Made by a program: the position numbers and the translations under genes. Of a stretch of 11,506 nucleotides of DNA, positions 8,434 to 11,506 are shown in pieces (position 1 is the stretch's first letter; every line of letters begins with the position of its first letter). The stretch spans positions 1-11,506 of the forward strand of contig JBHGNT010001153.1 of assembly GCA_043228905.1 (NCBI GenBank), in the 5' to 3' direction. The DNA comes from Azolla caroliniana (Eukaryota; Plantae; Polypodiophyta). Below the pieces are notes generated by a model that had not been told where the DNA came from, did no database searches, and worked only from the letters and a program-made list of their open reading frames with translations.

Positions 8434-8877
8434 TTCTATGGGTGTCCCCTCCATCATCACAAGCGGTATCTTCAATCAGTTCCTCTCAGAACGGAATTCG
8501 GCCAGCCTCCGCCAACGACTTCTACACTCATGCCTCCACCGTGGCCCCATCCAAGTCTCATGGAACTACAACTACAAGGTGGTCGGAGAGGCCATCCGGT
8601 TCGATGGAATCAACAATCCCGGGATCGTCGCGTACGATCCCATCAGCTCCTTCAAGACTACCATTTGCTTCTGGATGACGAGCTCCTAGCCAACTTGTCA
8701 CAATGCCATTGTGGACGGCATCGATCTTGGTGGCATGGTCACGGCTATCAATGGGGGCCTCGAGTGTGGAAGGGAAGCAACGTCGCCAACCCGGGCGCCC
8801 GACAGCACCGGATTCAGCTCTACCAATCGTTCTGCTGCACCCTAGGTGTAGACCAGGGATCCAACCTCTCTTGTTAA
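8434..8877 (+). pseudogene. GH19 (class II/IV-like) chitinase pseudogene 1
   Basis: SIITSGIFNQFL...NDFYTHA / RGPIQVSWNYNYKVVGEAIRFDGINNPGIVAYDPISSFKTTICFWMT...CHNAIV...AINGGLECG / RIQLYQSFCCTLGVDQGSNLSC*. Frameshift near 8505, internal deletion near 8537, TAG at 8687, frameshift near 8770. Possible splice acceptor (T-rich tract + CAG) ending at 8433. Confidence 0.92.
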
Positions 8878-9599
8878 ATAAAACATGTGTGTCATACATA
8901 TGAAGATGCTAACAAGTCTTGCTGAATAATATGCATCTTGGCATGATCTATTATGGCCATCATATCACATGAATAATGGCCATATGGTAACACATTCTCA
9001 GTGAATTATAGATCTAGACCTTTATCCACTCTTTCAAAATGTCTCGACTGTTTGCTATCGGCCAAAAAATAGTAAACAACATTGCACAGTTCACGTAACA
9101 TACCATGGTTGCCATCGGTCCTAGAAATCTCAATTCATCGCGTATATTGTATTGTTATCTAGTTGTCAATGCGAGAAAATTGAATTTGTTTGGAATCTCG
9201 TATGTGCTACATATAGCCTTATAGGTGGTAGAGGTCTAAATTTTTCCCAACATTCAAATAGAGTAGTTATTGTGACTTTACAACAGTTAGATATGGCTAC
9301 AAATCACAACTCGTCTAGAATTTTGTGTCTGAGGGAGAGAAGAAACCAATCACTTTGAGTCTTTGCAAATCGTCCTCAAGGCAATACCAACTATAGGATT
9401 TGTGTTATTTGGACGAGATAAGAGATTTTAAACGTTTGTTGTAGAAGATTAGGTGCACCTAAAATGGTTAATCACATTATAAAAATGAGCATGTATTTTT
9501 TATCCAAGTGTTGAAGGACATGTGACATAGAGTTGACATGCAAATATGGCATTAAAATTAAAACTATAAGTTATTTAATTTTAATGGTTAGAGTTCTCA

Positions 9600-9945
9600 T
9601 TTGACAAAATTAAGATTTAGGTTAGAACCGAGCTAGGTATTAAGACTTAAAGAATGGGATGTGGTTTTGTTGGGCACCTGAGTTTTAACAGTTGGTTTGA
9701 CATTGGGAACCGCATTGATAGCCTTAAAGGTGGCACCAAATCCCTAAATGTTGACCATACCATTATGACAAGTGGGTGATGACCAAGTCATCTAGAATCA
9801 TATAGTGGCCATAATGATATTAGAGATCCCAACATTTCACGCAAGATAATGGGCTTGTTGACATCGTTAAAATTATTAGGTGAATTATTGAGTCTCGTTC
9901 ATCGGAATTTTAGAACTTGGCATGTCATAGTTTATAAGAGTAGCC
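9600..9945 (-). pseudogene. GH19 chitinase pseudogene 2 (3' part only, heavily decayed)
   Basis: Manual minus-strand translation: FNDVNKP...ATI*F*MTWSSPTCHNGMVNI*GFGATFKAIN / GSQC...NSGAQQNHIPFFKS / T*LG. This is collinear with copy 1 and with the GH19 motifs WFWMT and GFGATI.AING. Confidence 0.82.
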
Positions 9946-9959
9946 TATCAAAACATGGG

Positions 9960-10406
9960 GTTTTCTACAATTACCCTTGATGTAGGAAGAGTTTGTGAGT
10001 CTTGTTTGTAAAGTTCAAGAAGTTATTCCTTATCAAACTTCCTTCCTTCAATGGTTCCCTTATATAGTTTCCAATTTCTTTGAACTCTTTATCATATTTT
10101 GTTTCGAGGAATTCCGCCTCTTTAGTTGGCTCACCCCTTTTGATTGTGTTCATGGTTAATGTTGTTTGCTTGCCTTCTTCGTTGTACGATTATGGCATTT
10201 GTTCTTCTTTATGGTAGTGACTTCCCCAAAGCTATCTTTTTGCTTTTGCATAATTGCATTGTTGTTCACTGAGCACCTTCGCCCCAAATCAAAATTGGAT
10301 ATCTTTTACTTTTATCATCTTCTTCACTTATCACCAACGAGATCCTGATTGGGCTTAGATCGACTACAAGAATCATTGGAGAGTAAGATTGCTTTAATGT
10401 TACAAC
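9960..10406 (-). mobile_element. Ty3/gypsy pol remnant: RNase H and RNase H-integrase linker
   Basis: PMILVVDLSPI...EEDDKSKRYPI / FGAKVLSEQQCNYAKAKR*LWG fits the Ty3-type RNase H pattern (D.S ... F.S..L...Q..Y...E.EL). It is followed, after an apparent deletion, by EFLETKYDKEFKEIGNYI...KLFLHQG*L*K. Confidence 0.78.
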
Positions 10407-11130
10407 CATAGATTGACATATTCGCATTCGTGGGATTTTCCATTCGAATGCAAACGAATACGCATACATTCGTGTGGTCAAGTATTCGTTTAAAAAAAAA
10501 AGGAAAAAAAGGAGGTGAACTCCCTCCTTTTAGTTTCTTAGGAAAAAAAGGGGGACTTGACAATAAAAAGGGGATAATAAAATAGAGAGTTGAGAGAGAC
10601 TTGATAGTAATAAATTTTCATTGGAGATCTTGATTCTTTACCAAATAAATAAATAAAATAAAATAAATTTTCGCTTTATTTTTAATAAATAAATAAAATA
10701 AAAGAAAGGTTCATTAATTCTTCACCTTTTCTTTTCCCAAAATTTATGGATATTTTTATGTGACATTAAAATTGAGACTTGACATTAATCATGTTTTCAT
10801 AGTAAATAAAAAAATATTCGTTTTTTTAAAATAAAAAAAATCAATTATTTAAATAAAATAAAGGTTCATAAACTCTCCTCTTTTTTTATTTGACACTAGA
10901 AAGGAGAGTTTATACTAATCATATTTTTATAAATTATTAATGAATAATTGTTCTTTTTTTTATTGAATTAAATTGATTTATTTTTAAATTAATTAATTAA
11001 TTAATTGTTTGTATATTTATTTTACAAAACGAATGGTTTTTAAATATTCTTAGGGCCATTTTGTATTCTCGAATATTGAGAATATCACGCATGGAGAATA
11101 TGGCGAATATCACGCATGTGTCAATCTATG
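10407..11130. mobile_element. Non-autonomous hAT-type DNA transposon (MITE), 724 bp
   Basis: TIR CATAGATTGACA (10407-10418) / TGTCAATCTATG (11119-11130), 16/18 if extended. Perfect 8-bp TSD GTTACAAC at 10399-10406 and 11131-11138. Subterminal ATTCG/CGAAT repeats and a very AT-rich non-coding interior. Confidence 0.92.
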
Positions 11131-11506
11131 GTTACAACTTGACCCAAATATTCCTTCATATTTTTAAATGCATTCATGTGTCCTTCTATCCACAAAATGT
11201 TTGAACCCTTTTTGTACTAGTAGGTACAATGGGTTAGAGTAGTGCACATAGTGTGGAATCCATATAGAATAAACCACACATGTGCCCAAAAATCTTCTTA
11301 CTTCAAACAAATTTCCACATTATTGCTTTATAATCTGAATAACATTCATTTTTGTCAGAGTTGGCTTTCTTCCATATGGACTGCACATATGTCCTACCAC
11401 TAGCACCTCTTGCCTGAACATGAAATATTCATTTTAGACTAGGAAATGTGAAATGGATGTCCTCAAATATTCTCAACACCCTTTAACAATTCTTCATGTG
11501 ATCGTT
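11131..11506 (-). mobile_element. Ty3/gypsy pol remnant: RT C-terminus/thumb, continuing off the window
   Basis: DHMKNC*RVLRIFEDIHFTF...K / QEVLVVGHMCSPYGRKP...EVRRFLGTCVVYSIWIPHYVHYSNPLYLLVQKG / WIEGHMNAFKNMKEYL, matching the gypsy motifs V..LGH, .R.FLG...YY..FIP.Y.....PL..L and F.W. Confidence 0.85.

Noticed and set aside
8292-8903. ORFs 8292-8678, 8425-8877, 8558-8899 and 8703-8903 as separate genes
   Set aside because: Each is an alternative frame or the antisense of the frameshifted chitinase pseudogene.
10490-11010. A/T tracts and small duplications (AGGAAAAAAAGG twice; AAATAAAATAAA..AGGTTCAT twice)
   Set aside because: Ordinary low-complexity interior of the MITE.

Overview
Eukaryotic (land-plant) repeat-rich DNA with no intact gene. 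Left to right: (i) the 3' end of a + strand LTR retrotransposon, probably Ty3/gypsy (PPT plus a 439-bp LTR, 71-509). Its U3 carries a 10-unit in-register heat-shock-element array and an antisense tRNA-like A/B-box module. This element is inserted into (ii) a - strand Tnt1-like Ty1/copia element (5' LTR, tRNA-iMet PBS, gag-PR-INT-RT broken by TAG stops and two frameshifts, strongly CCGG-rich). (iii) AT-rich DNA follows, with three diverged copies of a ~450-570 bp unit, an old copia RNase H/PPT remnant and a 90-bp tandem duplication. (iv) Two convergent GH19 chitinase pseudogenes; the second is not visible in the ORF track. (v) A decayed Ty3/gypsy RT-RNase H remnant split by a 724-bp hAT-type MITE with 12-bp TIRs and a perfect 8-bp TSD. 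All calls were made by eye, and family assignments come from recalled motifs, not database searches.
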